From an uncultured delta proteobacterium (lineage in GTDB: Bacteria; Desulfobacterota; Binatia; UBA9968): DNA of 64,000 nucleotides. The stretch is taken from assembly GCA_963745035.1 (NCBI GenBank), contig CAVUVW010000015.1, positions 1-64,000 of the forward strand, given 5' to 3'. Numbering within the stretch: position 1 is the first letter of the stretch; the number at the start of each line of letters is the position of its first letter. The notes beneath the pieces were generated by a model that had not been told where the DNA came from, ran no database searches, and saw nothing but the letters and a program-made list of their open reading frames with translations. Below, in pieces: positions 42,780 to 58,076 of the stretch. The position numbers and the translations under genes are program-made.

Positions 42780-43235
42780 TCACGCCGCACTCGAAAGAGA
42801 AGAAGACCCGATTACATCTCTACAGGCCGGCTGTCGCAGCGCCGCAATGGTCGTGCGGCTGAGAACCTCTGTGACGGTGCGTTGCACCTCGCTCCACACG
42901 CCGATCATCGTGCAGCGAGGAATCTGATCGCAGCCTGAAGCATGATCCATGCAGGCGTTGACCGCGATTGGACCCTCGATCGCTTCGATGACATCGCAAA
43001 ACGAGATCGCTTCGGCGGAGCGCGCCAGCATGTAACCGCCGGCCGACCCTCTTTTGGACTTGATCAGTCCTTGCCGGACCAGATCTTGAATAATCTTTTC
43101 CAAAAACTTTCGCGGCACCCCTTGGTGCTTGGCGATTTCCGCTATGGAGCTGCATTTTCCCGGCTGCTGATCCGATAGATAGATGACCGCTCTCAACCCG
43201 TAATCGACCCGCCGTGGAATCTGCATGAGCCCCAT
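42780..43235 (-). CDS. Rrf2-family regulator (IscR-like, three Cys)
   Basis: DYGLRA, FLEKI, SKRGSAGGY.LAR, IEG, C-x6-C-x5-C. Confidence 0.9.
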   Translation of the reverse strand: MGLMQIPRRVDYGLRAVIYLSDQQPGKCSSIAEIAKHQGVPRKFLEKIIQDLVRQGLIKSKRGSAGGYMLARSAEAISFCDVIEAIEGPIAVNACMDHASGCDQIPRCTMIGVWSEVQRTVTEVLSRTTIAALRQPACRDVIGSSSLSSAA

Positions 43236-43239
43236 GAAA

Positions 43240-44465
43240 CTACCCCCTTGCTCCGACGATGCCTGTGCCGTCCCGCTCGGTCCGGGTGCGTTCTTGCTGT
43301 CCCAGCCTGCCCAGAGAGGAAAGTCCTTGCAGGCGTTGGACGATCGCAGGCAGCTTTTCGTTCACATAACGAACTTCTTCCTCGGTATTGAACCGTCCCA
43401 GACTGAAACGCACCGCGCCCTGCAGCCAATCCGCCGGCACCTTCATCGCCCGCAGCACATGCGACGGCTCGGATGATCCGGCGGTGCACGCCGATCCGGT
43501 CGAGGCGCAAATCCCGTGTTGGTCGAGCAGCACGAGAATCGACTCCCCTTCGAGATACCGAAAACTGATGTTGGACGTGTTCGGCAGCCGCTCTTGGTCC
43601 TTTCCGTTCACCCGGCTGCCTGGACACGATTCGAGCAACAAGTCTTCCAACAGATCGCGCAATTTGCCGATTCGCAATGAATCCTCGGCCATACGCTCAA
43701 GGGCGATTTCCGCCGCCTTCCCCATGCCGACGATCGCCGCCACGTTTTCAGTGCCCGCTCGCCGGTTTCGCTCCTGATGGCCGCCGATCATGAACGGCGA
43801 AAAGGTAATGCCACGGCGCACGTAAAGCGCGCCGACCCCTTTCGGCGCGTAAAACTTGTGAGCGGAGATGGTCAGCAGATCGACCGGCAGATCTTTAACG
43901 GAAATCGGAAGCTTCCCGGCCGCCTGCACCGCGTCAACATGAAAGGGAATGCCCTTCGACCGCACGATCGCGCCGATCTCTTCGATCGGAAAAATGACGC
44001 CGGTCTCGTTGTTCGCCCACATGATCGAAACCACTGCCGTGTCGTCGGTGAGCGCGGCGCGCAGCTCCTCCAAATCGAGCGCGCCATCCTGGTTTACACC
44101 CAGCCAGGTTATCCGATAGCCCTTTTTCTCCAGGTGCTGGCACAAGCCTAGCACAGCGGAGTGCTCGACCTGCGTGGTTACGATGTGGCGCTTATCCGGG
44201 CCGCGCTTCGAGCATGCCGCGGATTGCCGCGTTATCGCCTTCCGTGCCGCTGCCGGTAAAAATCGATTTCGACCGGATCGGCTGCGCCAATTAGAGCCGC
44301 GACCTGCGCCCGCGCCTCGGACATTTTTTCGCCGACTTGGCTGCCGAATCGATGAATGCTCGACGGATTGCCGTAAAAGTCGGTGAGAAACGGCATCATC
44401 GCCTCGGCCACCTCGGGCAATACCCGCGTGGTCGCATTGTTATCGAAATAGATTTCGCTCGCCAT
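43240..44465 (-). CDS. Cysteine desulfurase (NifS/IscS-like), frameshifted near 44200-44270
   Basis: YFDNNATT, YGNPSS, WANNETG, HVDAVQ, SAHKFYAPKG, STGSACT. Confidence 0.9.
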
Positions 44466-44490
44466 CACCGAATCTCTGACTACTTCCCCT

Positions 44491-45953
44491 CTACCCCACG
44501 CTGCCTTCCAGGCTGACGCCTAAGAGCTTCTGCGCCTCGACGGCAAACTCCATCGGCAACTCTTTGAACACCTGCTTGCAGAAACCGTTGACGATCAGGT
44601 TAACCGCGTCTTCGTTCGAAAGACCGCGCTGCTTGCAGTAAAAAAGCTGGTCCTCGCCGATCTTCGACGTGGACGCCTCATGCTCGACCTGCGAGGCGTT
44701 GTTCAAGACTTCCAAATAAGGAAACGTGTGCGCGCCGCACTTGTCGCCGAGCAGCAGCGAGTCGCACTGCGAATAATTGCGCGCCCCGCTCGCTCCCTTC
44801 ATGATCTTGACCAGTCCGCGATAGGTGTTCTGCCCGTGGCCGGCGGAAATTCCTTTGGAAACGATCGTGCTCTTGGTGTTTTTGCCGATATGAATCATCT
44901 TGGTGCCGGTATCGGCCTGCTGATAGTTGTTGGTCAGCGCCACCGAGTAAAACTCGCCGACCGAATCGTCGCCCTGCAAAATGCAGCTCGGGTACTTCCA
45001 CGTGATCGCCGAACCGGTTTCGACTTGGGTCCAGGAAATCTTCGAGCGCTGCGCCGAGGCATTTGCCGCGCTTGGTGACGAAGTTGTAGATGCCGCCCTT
45101 GCCTTCCGCGTCGCCCGGATACCAGTTTTGCACGGTGGAATACTTGATCTGCGCATCCTTATGAGCGATCAGCTCGACCACCGCGGCATGCAATTGGTTC
45201 TTGTCGCGCATGGGCGCGGTGCAGCCTTCGAGATAGCTCACCGTCGCGCCTTCCTCGGCGACGATCAAGGTGCGCTCGAACTGCCCGGTCTCCGCGGCAT
45301 TGATACGAAAGTACGTGGACAACTCCATCGGGCAACGCACGCCTCTTGGGGATGTAGCAGAACGAACCGTCGCTGAAGACCGCCGAATTCAGCGCCGCAA
45401 AAAAATTATCGGTGTAGGGCACCACCGAGCCCAGATATTTTTGCACCAGCTCGGGATGGTTTTGCACCGCTTCCGAGAACGAACCAAAAATGATGCCCAG
45501 CTCGGCCAGTTTTCCCTTGAACGTCGTCGCTACCGACACGCTGTCGAAAACCGCATCCACCGCGACGCCAGCCAGAGCCTCCTGCTCTCTTAGAGGAATA
45601 CCCAGCTTCTCGTACATCGCCAGCAGCTCAGGGTCGACTTCGTCGAGACTCTTGGGCCCCTCCGACTTGCTCTTGGGCGCCGAATAATAGCGGATCGCCT
45701 GATAATCGATCGGCGGATAATGCACCATCGCCCACTTGGGCTCGGCCTCCGATTTTTCCAGCTTCGCCCAGTGCCGGTACGCCTTGAGCCGCCACTCGAG
45801 CATGAACTCCGGCTCATTTTTCTTCGCCGAAATGAAACGAATGATCTCCTCGTTCAGTCCCGGAGGAACGGTGTCGGCTTCGATATCGGTGACGAAGCCG
45901 TACTTGTACTCGCGCCGGGCGAGATCTTCGACTGTATTTGTCGCTGGTTTCAT
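44491..45953 (-). CDS. sufB: Fe-S cluster assembly protein SufB, frameshifted
   Basis: [73 protein letters not shown]. Confidence 0.93.
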
Positions 45954-45972
45954 GATTCTGCTTCCTATTCAA

Positions 45973-46302
45973 TCAAACGGTAAACGACGCGCCGCAGCCG
46001 CAAGCTTTCTTCACGTTGGGATTCTGGAACACAAAGCCGGACTGCATCAGCTCATCTTTGTAATCGAGCTCGGTGCCGGTCAAATAAAGCAGGCTCTTCA
46101 TGTCCACTAACACTTTGGCGCCGTCCCTTTCAAAAACTTTGTCGCTGGTCTTGGGCACGTCGAAATCGACTTTATACTGCAGGCCCGAACAACCGCCGCC
46201 GACGACCTTTACTCGGAGCCCCTGTCCCTCGCGGCTATCGGCCGCAATCAGCTCGTTGATCCGCGCCGCGGCGCGATCGGTGAGACTGATTCCCATGGCC
46301 AT
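45973..46302 (-). CDS. iscA: A-type Fe-S carrier (IscA/HesB)
   Basis: GGGCSG...NPN...CGCGASF. Confidence 0.93.
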   Translation of the reverse strand: MAMGISLTDRAAARINELIAADSREGQGLRVKVVGGGCSGLQYKVDFDVPKTSDKVFERDGAKVLVDMKSLLYLTGTELDYKDELMQSGFVFQNPNVKKACGCGASFTV

Positions 46303-46326
46303 AAATATCGTCCTCCTCCAACTCGC

Positions 46327-47556
46327 TCAGGAAACTTCTTCCTGCCGCCTGACATCTCCAGCCAAGCGTTTTTGTAGTTTGTTTCTCTTCGCCTTGTAAA
46401 CCGGCGAAATTTCCCTCAGCCGACGAACTTCCTCGACCACGCGCTTTGCCGTGAAGTCGATCTCCTCCTCGGTATTGAAGCGGCCGATGCCGAAGCGAAT
46501 CGACGCGTGCGCCAGCGCGTCCTCCAAGCCGATCGCCTTGAGCACATACGACGGCTCCAAGCTCGCCGACGTACAGGCCGAGCCGCTGGAGACGGCAATC
46601 TCTTTCAGCCCCATCATGAGCGACTCGCCTTCGACGTAGGCAAAGCTCATATTAAGATTGCCGGGCAAGCGCTTTACCAAGTCACCGTTGACCGAGACGC
46701 CGTCGAGCTGATCGAGCAGCGCTTGCCTCAGCCGCTCGCGGAGCGCCGTCAGACGCTCACCTTCGGCGCTCATCTCCAGCCGGGAGAGCTCGCATGCTTT
46801 GCCCAGACCGACGATTCCGGCGACGTTCAGCGTCCCGGATCTCATGCCGCGCTCATGGCCGCCGCCGTCGATCGACGGCGCGACTTTGACCTGCGGCCGC
46901 GCCGCCCGGACGTAGAGCGCGCCGACGCCCTTGGGACCGTACATTTTATGCGCCGTCAGCGATAACAGATCGATGCCCATATCTTCGACGCTGATGGGAA
47001 TCTTGCCTACCGCCTGGGTCGCGTCGGTGTGGAAGATGATTCCGCGCTCCTTGGCCCACCGGCCGATCTCCTTGATCGGCTGCACCGTGCCGATCTCGTT
47101 GTTGGCGGCCATGATCGAAATCAAGATCGTCTTGTCGGTGAGCGCGTCCTTCAAGCGTTCCACCTCGACCAAGCCCGCCGCCGTCACCGGCAGATAAGTA
47201 ACCTTGAATCCCTGCTTCTCCAAAATCTTGCAGCTATCGAGGACCGCCTTGTGCTCGGTCACGCAGGTGACGATGTGATCGCCCTTTTGCCGGTACGCCT
47301 CGGCCACCCCTTTGATGGCGAGATTATCGGATTCGGTTGCGCCGCTGGTGAAAACGATTTCCCGAGCGGCGGCGCCGATCAGCTTGGCAACCTGCTCGCG
47401 CGCGGCATCGACCGCCGCATCGGCTTCCCAACCATAGGCGTGACTCTTGCTCGCGGCATTGCCGAAGCTTTCGGTAAAATACGGCAGAAAGGCGTCGAGC
47501 ACCCGTCGATCGACCGGCGTAGTCGCGTGATTATCAAGATAAATCGGCGTCTTCAC
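46327..47556 (-). CDS. iscS: Cysteine desulfurase IscS
   Basis: [50 protein letters not shown]. Confidence 0.95.
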   Translation of the reverse strand: MKTPIYLDNHATTPVDRRVLDAFLPYFTESFGNAASKSHAYGWEADAAVDAAREQVAKLIGAAAREIVFTSGATESDNLAIKGVAEAYRQKGDHIVTCVTEHKAVLDSCKILEKQGFKVTYLPVTAAGLVEVERLKDALTDKTILISIMAANNEIGTVQPIKEIGRWAKERGIIFHTDATQAVGKIPISVEDMGIDLLSLTAHKMYGPKGVGALYVRAARPQVKVAPSIDGGGHERGMRSGTLNVAGIVGLGKACELSRLEMSAEGERLTALRERLRQALLDQLDGVSVNGDLVKRLPGNLNMSFAYVEGESLMMGLKEIAVSSGSACTSASLEPSYVLKAIGLEDALAHASIRFGIGRFNTEEEIDFTAKRVVEEVRRLREISPVYKAKRNKLQKRLAGDVRRQEEVS

Positions 47557-47568
47557 GTTATTTCAATT

Positions 47569-47587
47569 TCAGACCAATTAAGTCTGA
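47569..47587. promoter_or_regulatory. Inverted repeat TCAGAC-N7-GTCTGA, candidate Rrf2/IscR operator
   Basis: Located 13-31 bp upstream of the iscS start in an AT-rich intergenic region. Confidence 0.6.
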
Positions 47588-47694
47588 TTTCAAGTTAACC
47601 AAAAGCACGGGCTTGAGTCAACCCCAAACCTATCAAGTAAATTGCTGAAATCACGGAGGAATAATCTTTGGCCAAGCGACTTCTGGCAGCGCGA

Positions 47695-50220
47695 TCAGGG
47701 CCGTTCGAAGATTTCCTTGAGATACTGCCCGGTCGCCGAGGCTGCGGCGGCGGCAATCTCTTCAGGGCGGCCTTGGGCAACCAACTCACCCCCTGCGGCG
47801 CCCCCTTCCGGTCCTAGATCGACCACGTAATCGGCATTTTTGATGACGTCCAGATTGTGCTCGACGATCACGGTCGTGTTGCCCAAATCGGTCAGCCGAT
47901 GGAGCAATTCGAGAAGGGTTTTCACGTCCTCGAAATGGAGCCCGGCGGTCGGCTCGTCGAGAACGTAGAGCGAACGCCCGGTCGAGCGCCGCGCCAGCTC
48001 GCGCGCGAGCTTCACCCGCTGGGCCTCGCCGCCGGCCAGGCGGGACGCGGGCTGGCCAAGCTGGAGATAACCGAGACCCACGTCGCGCAGCGCGCGCAGC
48101 CGGTCGTGAATCGGCGGCACATTGCCGAGCAGCTCCAATGCCTGATCCACCGTCAGGTCCAGCACATCGGCCACGCTCAGCCCCTTGTATTTGATCGCCA
48201 GGGTCTCGCGATTGTAGCGGCGCCCGCGGCACACCGCGCAGGTGACGTACAAGTCGGGAAGAAAGTGCATATCGACGCGTGTCACGCCTTCGCCGGCGCA
48301 TGCTTCGCAGCGCCCGCCGCTGACGTTGAACGAAAATCGCTCGCTGCCGTAGCCGCGCAGCCGCGCTTCGGGCAATTGCGCAAAGAGCTCGCGCAAATGA
48401 TCGTAAATTCCGGTGTAGGTCGCCGGATTGGAGCGGGGCGTGCGGCCGATGGGCGTCTGATCGACGCCAATGACGCGCGCGAAATGCTCCCAGCCGACAA
48501 TTTTCCCGTGCGCGGCATTGTCCGGTTTCGCGACGCGCCGCAAGCGCGCCGCCACGCCGCGATAAAGCACCTCCATCACCAAGGTGCTCTTGCCGGCGCC
48601 GGAAACGCCGGTGACGCAGGTCATGGCGCCGATGGGGAACGCGACGGTGAGATTTTTAAGATTGCGCGCGGCGGCGTTTCGAACCGTGACGAACTCCCCG
48701 GCGCCGCGCCCGCGATTGGCCGGGATCGGGATCTGCGCCTGTCCCGATAGATAGCGCCCCGTGAGCGAGCGCTCGTCGCGCGCGACCTCCGCCGGAGTTC
48801 CCTGGGCCACCACTTCGCCGCCGTGCGCACCGGCCGCGGGCCCCATGTCGATGAGATAATCCGCCGCAAGCATGGTTTCGCGGTCATGCTCGACGACCAG
48901 CACCGTATTGCCGATGTCGCGCAGCCGGCCGAGCAGCGCCAGGAGCTTGGCATTGTCCTTTTGATGCAAACCTAGGCTGGGCTCGTCGAGAACGTAGAGG
49001 ACTCCGGCCATGGCCGCGCCGATCTGGGTGGCAAGGCGCGCGCGCTGCAGCTCGCCGCCCGAGAGCGTGATCGTCGGCCGGTCGAGACTAAGATACTCGA
49101 GGCCCAGGTCGGCCATGACGCGCAAACGCCGGAGCATCTGGTCGATGATTTTTTGGCCGACGATCCGCCGTTCTTCGCCGAGCGCAAGATGAGTGAAAAA
49201 TTCCAGAGCGGAAGCGATCGGCCACGCGCTGATTTCGACAATGTCGCGCCCGCCGACTTTCACCGCCCGGCTCTCTCTCCTGAGCCGCGCCCCGCCACAC
49301 TCAGGACAGGGCGTCGCCGCGCCGTCATCGTCCTCGGCCTTGGCGCGCCCGTCCGATTTGACGACCGAGCCCAAGCCATTGCAGCCTGGGCAGGCGCCTT
49401 CGGGGCTGTTGAACGAGAACAGTCCGGGGGTAATCTCGGGCAGCGCCGCGGCGCAATTTGGGCACACCGATTTGAGACTGAACATCAGCTCGCGCTCACC
49501 TTCGCTGCCGTCGAGCACTTGAACTGTGATCATCTGGCCGCCATGACGCGCCGCCGTTTCCAGCGAATCGGCGAGCCGCTTCTCGATGCCGTCGCGCACC
49601 GTCAGCCGATCGATCACCAGATCCAGCCGCCGCGCGGCGCCAACATCAGTTTCGTCGCCGAGCTCACGCATCTCACCGTCGATCAGCACGCGGGCAAAGC
49701 CCTGGCGCGTGTAGTCGCGCAGCCGCAGTTGCGCATTCGCCGGCGATAACAGCGGCACTGGCGCCAAGATCACAAGCCGTGTTTGCGCCGGCAACGCAAG
49801 CAATTGATCGACAATCTGCTCGACGGTATGGACTTTGAGCGCGCGGCCGCAGGCGACGCAATAGAGATCGCCGGCGCGCGCGAAGAGCAGGCGCAGATAG
49901 TCTTGAATGTCGGTCAGGGTGCCGACCGTCGAACGGCGACTGGCAAGGCCCGGTTTCTGCTGGACGGCGATGGTGGGCGACAAGCCTTCAATGCTGTCGA
50001 CGTCGGGCTGCTCCAAACGCTGAAGAAGCTGCCGCGCGTCGGCGCCGAGGGATTCGAGATAGCGCCGCTGGCCTTCGGCGTAGAGCGTGTCGAAGGCCAG
50101 CGACGATTTGCCGGAGCCGGACACGCCGGTGATGACGACCAAGCGATCGCGCGGAATTTCCAGGTCGATGTTCTTGAGATTATGAACCCGCGCGCCCTTG
50201 ATGACGATGTTGCCGGCCAT
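47695..50220 (-). CDS. uvrA: UvrA-family excinuclease ABC subunit A (short form)
   Basis: [52 protein letters not shown]. Confidence 0.9.
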   Translation of the reverse strand: MAGNIVIKGARVHNLKNIDLEIPRDRLVVITGVSGSGKSSLAFDTLYAEGQRRYLESLGADARQLLQRLEQPDVDSIEGLSPTIAVQQKPGLASRRSTVGTLTDIQDYLRLLFARAGDLYCVACGRALKVHTVEQIVDQLLALPAQTRLVILAPVPLLSPANAQLRLRDYTRQGFARVLIDGEMRELGDETDVGAARRLDLVIDRLTVRDGIEKRLADSLETAARHGGQMITVQVLDGSEGERELMFSLKSVCPNCAAALPEITPGLFSFNSPEGACPGCNGLGSVVKSDGRAKAEDDDGAATPCPECGGARLRRESRAVKVGGRDIVEISAWPIASALEFFTHLALGEERRIVGQKIIDQMLRRLRVMADLGLEYLSLDRPTITLSGGELQRARLATQIGAAMAGVLYVLDEPSLGLHQKDNAKLLALLGRLRDIGNTVLVVEHDRETMLAADYLIDMGPAAGAHGGEVVAQGTPAEVARDERSLTGRYLSGQAQIPIPANRGRGAGEFVTVRNAAARNLKNLTVAFPIGAMTCVTGVSGAGKSTLVMEVLYRGVAARLRRVAKPDNAAHGKIVGWEHFARVIGVDQTPIGRTPRSNPATYTGIYDHLRELFAQLPEARLRGYGSERFSFNVSGGRCEACAGEGVTRVDMHFLPDLYVTCAVCRGRRYNRETLAIKYKGLSVADVLDLTVDQALELLGNVPPIHDRLRALRDVGLGYLQLGQPASRLAGGEAQRVKLARELARRSTGRSLYVLDEPTAGLHFEDVKTLLELLHRLTDLGNTTVIVEHNLDVIKNADYVVDLGPEGGAAGGELVAQGRPEEIAAAAASATGQYLKEIFERP

Positions 50221-50227
50221 GGCAGGC

Positions 50228-51583
50228 CTATTGAGCTTCGAACTCCTCGAGTTTTTCCTCGACCAGCGCGCGGTACTCTTTGAGCTTGGCGTCCGAGTTG
50301 GCTTCGAACCGGAGCACCAGGGCGGGCTGCGTGTTGGAAGCGCGAATCAATCCCCACCCCTCGGGAAAACGCACCCGTACGCCGTCGACATCGATAACAT
50401 CGTAGTGCTTGCGGAAATATTCCGTGGCTCTCTCGGCGATGATGAATTTTCGTTCATCCGGGCAGTTGACCCGAATCTCGGGAGTCGAAACGCTCCGCGG
50501 CAAATCGGCAAGTAAGGCCGACAGAGGCTTGCCGGAGTTGGCGAGAATTTCGAGCAGACGAAGCGAGGCGTAAATCGCGTCGTCATAGCCGAAGTAGCGT
50601 TCCTTGAAAAACATATGGCCGCTCATCTCGCCCGCGAGCAGCGCCTCGGTTTCTTTCATTTTGGCCTTGAGCAGAGAATGGCCGGCTTTCCACATGATCG
50701 CCTTACCGCCGTTCTTGGCGATATCGTCGTAGAGGCGCTGCGAGCATTTCACCTCGGAGATGATCGTCGCCTGGGGATGGCGCTTGAGAACGTCGCGCGA
50801 AAACAGCACGAGCAATTCATCGCCCCAGAGAATATTGCCCTGCTCGTCCACGGCGCCGATCCGGTCGGCGTCGCCGTCGTATGCGATGCCCAGGTCCGCC
50901 TTCTCCTTTTTCACCTTGTCGATGAGCATCTCGAGATTTTCCGGCATCGTCGGATCGGGGTGATGGAAGGGAAACTTTGGGTCCGGCTCGCAGGCGATCT
51001 CCCAGACCGTGCACCCGAGCCGCCGGAACACCGGCGGCGCCACCGGCCCGCCGACGCCGCTCCCGGCGTCGATGACGACTCTCAATGGCCGCGAAAGTTT
51101 GCGCACATCGTTGGACAAATATTGGTGATACGGCGCGACGATATCGTAGCGTTCGACCTTGCCGCCCGGTCGTTCGCGGAAATCGCTCCGCTCCATGGCG
51201 GCGCGGATGTCCTGGATCTGTTGGCCGTAGAGCGTGTCTTTGCCCAGACAGATTTTGAAGCCATTATACTCGGAGGGATTGTGGCTCGCGGTAATCTCGA
51301 TGCCGCCGTCGACGTCGAGATGGAAGAGCGAAAAATAAAGCAGCGGCGTCGGGCACACGCCGACATCGTAAACGTGCAGGCCGGCCGAGACCATGCCGGC
51401 GATCACCGCATCGGCGTAAGCATCGGAAGTCGTGCGGCAGTCGCGACCTACGGTGACCCGCTTGCCGCCGCGCGCCGCGATCGCGCTGCCGTGCACCTTT
51501 CCGAGCAGCAGCGCAAACTCACTGTCGAAATCTTTCTCCGCCAAACCGCGGATGTCGTATTCGCGAAATATCGACGGGTTCAT
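50228..51583 (-). CDS. Phosphomannomutase/phosphoglucomutase (AlgC-like)
   Basis: IFREYDIRG, TASHNP, DGDADR, GEMSGH, RASNT. Confidence 0.95.
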   Translation of the reverse strand: MNPSIFREYDIRGLAEKDFDSEFALLLGKVHGSAIAARGGKRVTVGRDCRTTSDAYADAVIAGMVSAGLHVYDVGVCPTPLLYFSLFHLDVDGGIEITASHNPSEYNGFKICLGKDTLYGQQIQDIRAAMERSDFRERPGGKVERYDIVAPYHQYLSNDVRKLSRPLRVVIDAGSGVGGPVAPPVFRRLGCTVWEIACEPDPKFPFHHPDPTMPENLEMLIDKVKKEKADLGIAYDGDADRIGAVDEQGNILWGDELLVLFSRDVLKRHPQATIISEVKCSQRLYDDIAKNGGKAIMWKAGHSLLKAKMKETEALLAGEMSGHMFFKERYFGYDDAIYASLRLLEILANSGKPLSALLADLPRSVSTPEIRVNCPDERKFIIAERATEYFRKHYDVIDVDGVRVRFPEGWGLIRASNTQPALVLRFEANSDAKLKEYRALVEEKLEEFEAQ

Positions 51584-52602
51584 GGCGCCTTTCGTTTTTC
51601 CTTTTGGCGCGCCAGGCGAGCGGCCAAGACAATCGCTTCTTTCATGCTGGTTTCGTCCGCCTTGCCGGTGCCGGCGATATCGTAGGCCGTGCCGTGATCG
51701 ACCGATGTCCGAATAAACGGCGGCCCGAGGGTCAGCGCCACGCCGCCGAAAAAATGATGCAGCTTGAGCGGGATCAGCCCTTGATCGTGATACATGCAAA
51801 CCACCGCGTCATAGTCGCCGCGCGCGGCGTGATGAAACAGGCTATCGGCCGGGAACGGCCCTGCGGCGGCGATGCCTTGGCGCCGCGCCTGCTTTACCGC
51901 CGGAGCGATCACCTCGATCTCCTCGTTGCCGAAGATCCCTTCTTCCCCGCCGTGCGGGTTGAGCGCCGCCACGGCAATGCGCGGGCGCGCCATGCCGAAG
52001 AAGTTCTTAAGCCCGCGCTGGGTCAGCTCCAAGGTGGTGCGAATATTCTCCACAGTCAAATTGCGCGCCACTCGGGTAAACGGAATATGTCCCGTCACCG
52101 GCACGACGCGCAGTTGGGCGCCCATCAGCATCATGCGGCACTCGGGAGTGCGGCTCAATTCGGCCAGTAGCTCCGTGTGGCCCGGATAGTTGTAGCCCGC
52201 ATCGATCAGAATGCTCTTGCTGATCGGCGCAGTGGCGATCGCGTCGGCGACTTTTGAAAGCGCGAGCCGGGCCGCCACGCGAATGTAGCGGAAAGCGCCG
52301 TGGCCGCCGGCTTTGGACGGGTGGCCGGGGCGCGATTCCCGGGCGCTTAGCGCCGACAGCGAGCAAACCACATGCGCGCGCGGATGGTCGAGCATCGGCA
52401 GCAGTTGTTGCCCCGGTTGCCAGCAAAGCAGATGGGGATTTCTCCCGCGCCCACGGGCGCGCTCGAGCACGCCCCAGTCGCCGAGCACCAGCAGCCGGCA
52501 GATTTTTTTGATCGCCGGATCGGCGAGCGCCTTGAGAATCACTTCCGGACCGATGCCCGCCGGATCTCCCATGGTGACGGCGATGATCGGTTTACGCGCC
52601 AT
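51580..52602 (-). CDS. pdxA: 4-hydroxythreonine-4-phosphate dehydrogenase
   Basis: GDPAGIGPE, PGHTE, LNPH.GE, MYHDQGL, RTSVDHGTA. Confidence 0.95.
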   Translation of the reverse strand: MARKPIIAVTMGDPAGIGPEVILKALADPAIKKICRLLVLGDWGVLERARGRGRNPHLLCWQPGQQLLPMLDHPRAHVVCSLSALSARESRPGHPSKAGGHGAFRYIRVAARLALSKVADAIATAPISKSILIDAGYNYPGHTELLAELSRTPECRMMLMGAQLRVVPVTGHIPFTRVARNLTVENIRTTLELTQRGLKNFFGMARPRIAVAALNPHGGEEGIFGNEEIEVIAPAVKQARRQGIAAAGPFPADSLFHHAARGDYDAVVCMYHDQGLIPLKLHHFFGGVALTLGPPFIRTSVDHGTAYDIAGTGKADETSMKEAIVLAARLARQKEKRKAP

Positions 52603-52671
52603 GAATGTGGAGATTTAGGCGCCCGAATGCCGCGGCGCTTCACCGGCGCATGAGAATTGGACGACAAGGAG

Positions 52672-53964
52672 CTACGGTTTCTTGGAGGAAAACGGATTCA
52701 AAGAATCGAGGATGCTGCCTTTGGACTCCTTCGGCGGCGGCGCAAAAATATCCGGCGTCTCCTCCACCGTTTCAGTCGTGAACAGCGGCATGCCGAGCAC
52801 GCTGACGACGCTCTTTCCCTTGAGCGGACTGTTCGGGTCGCCTTCTTCCTCGAAGGGAATTTCCTTGACGACGTAGGAGAACGGATTGAGATAGCTCAAA
52901 AACGAGCGGTCTTCGCGGCGCGTGGAGCGGGTCGATTTCGCCATCAGGGTGTCCACCGTGCCCTCTTTGGAATCCTCGGGCTTAAAGACTACGCCGGCGA
53001 CTTTGATGTCCACCCTGTGCTTGCGCCGGAGATCGGTCTTGACCCACTTGGCGAAGCGCTCTTCGAGCGCCTTGTTCATCAGCTCTTCTTTGATCCGCGG
53101 CGCCACGGTGGCGAGCGGGACCGGACTGCCGGCGTCCCTCGCTTCGAGCTTGACGATATGAATGCCCATGCTGGTGCGGAAAGGCTCGCTCACCTGGCCC
53201 ACGGAGAGCTTTTGAAACGCGACTTCCTCGATGCCGGCAATCAGGGTGCCGCGGTTTACCCAGCCGATCTCGCCGCCGTCGGCCTGCCCCGCGCCTTGGG
53301 AATGCTCGCGCGCCAGGGCGGCAAAGTCTTCACCCGCGGCGATGCGCCGATAAAGCTCCTGCCCCTTGGTCATCGCCGCCTGCGCGCGCTCGGCCGAAGC
53401 GTTTTCCGGCAAGGACAGCAGAATGTGGCGGATGTTGGCGCGGTCGCCGGTGCGAAAATTTTTCGCGTTGAGCTTGTAATACCGCTCCACGTCCTCGTCG
53501 CTGATTGTGACCTTCCTTCTCACCTGCCGGTCGATGAGATCGCTCTTCTCGATCTCCGCTTTGACCGAAGCCTTGTAGGTCGCCAAAGTTTGGTTTTCCC
53601 GGCTGAGCGCCGCTTTGAGGTCTTCTTCGGAGAGCCGGTTGTTCTTCTTCACTTGGTCGATGTAGCGCTGCACGTCGGCGTCGGTGACGACGATCCCGGA
53701 TTCGCGCACTTCCGCTTCGAGCAGTTTGTCGGTGACGAATTGCTCGAGCACCTGGCGGTCCTGGGCGCCGATGTCCTTTAAACTGCCGACAGGAAATCCG
53801 CGGCCCAGCTTGGCCTTCGAGTAGGCGTTGATGTTCGACAGGGTATACGGCTCGCCGTCGATCACCGCGATGAGCTGCTCGATCACCGTGGCGAAGGCGC
53901 CGTTCGCGAGAGCAACCAGAATCAACAGCGAAATGATGGAAATGGCGCGTCTCAGCATAAGCAT
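52672..53964 (-). CDS. SurA-like periplasmic chaperone / parvulin PPIase
   Basis: Signal peptide, SurA_N-like region, IRHIL, FAALAREHS, GGEIG, VSEPFRT..GIHI; adjacent to pdxA. Confidence 0.85.
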   Translation of the reverse strand: MLMLRRAISIISLLILVALANGAFATVIEQLIAVIDGEPYTLSNINAYSKAKLGRGFPVGSLKDIGAQDRQVLEQFVTDKLLEAEVRESGIVVTDADVQRYIDQVKKNNRLSEEDLKAALSRENQTLATYKASVKAEIEKSDLIDRQVRRKVTISDEDVERYYKLNAKNFRTGDRANIRHILLSLPENASAERAQAAMTKGQELYRRIAAGEDFAALAREHSQGAGQADGGEIGWVNRGTLIAGIEEVAFQKLSVGQVSEPFRTSMGIHIVKLEARDAGSPVPLATVAPRIKEELMNKALEERFAKWVKTDLRRKHRVDIKVAGVVFKPEDSKEGTVDTLMAKSTRSTRREDRSFLSYLNPFSYVVKEIPFEEEGDPNSPLKGKSVVSVLGMPLFTTETVEETPDIFAPPPKESKGSILDSLNPFSSKKP

Positions 53965-54090
53965 CTCAGCTGAAAGGATCTCGACAGAACATGCCAAGAG
54001 GTATCACACCCGGCGAAAAAAGCCAAACCAGCGGCCGCGAAAAACCGGCTTTCTACCGCTTCGCAGCAAACCTGCTCGACCACCGCTCGG

Positions 54091-57642
<3,552 letters not shown>

Positions 57643-57646
<4 letters not shown>

Positions 57647-58011
57647 GAGAAGAAACTAAAACGCTGCAATTTGATTTTTGGAATGCTCGACGGCGCCGGC
57701 GCGACCTCTGCGACTTCCGCCGCCTTGGCCCAGGCCTCGGCACCTTGGCAAAGATCCTTCACATCGACTTGCAAGAATGCCGGTTGATAGTTTTCCAGGC
57801 GGATGAGCGCCTGGTAGATCATCCGCACCGGTCCCTTGATCTCGGTAAAATCGCGGAACAGGCGAAATGCCGCAGCCAGACCGATCAACCCCTCGAGAAA
57901 GGGCTTATTCTCGTCGGCGGTGTCATGATAAAACCCTTCCAGAACTTCGTGCGATTCGAAGAATTTCCCGCCGTTGAATAGATCGATGCCGTCTCGCAGC
58001 CGAGCGTCCAT
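57643..58011 (-). CDS. DUF309 family protein
   Basis: GIDLFNGGKFFESHEVLE...FLEGLI. Confidence 0.8.
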
Positions 58012-58076
58012 AAAATTTGCCGTAAACAAAGCTAACAGCTTCACCAAAGCGCCTCAAGATTGGCGCAGCGCTCAGT

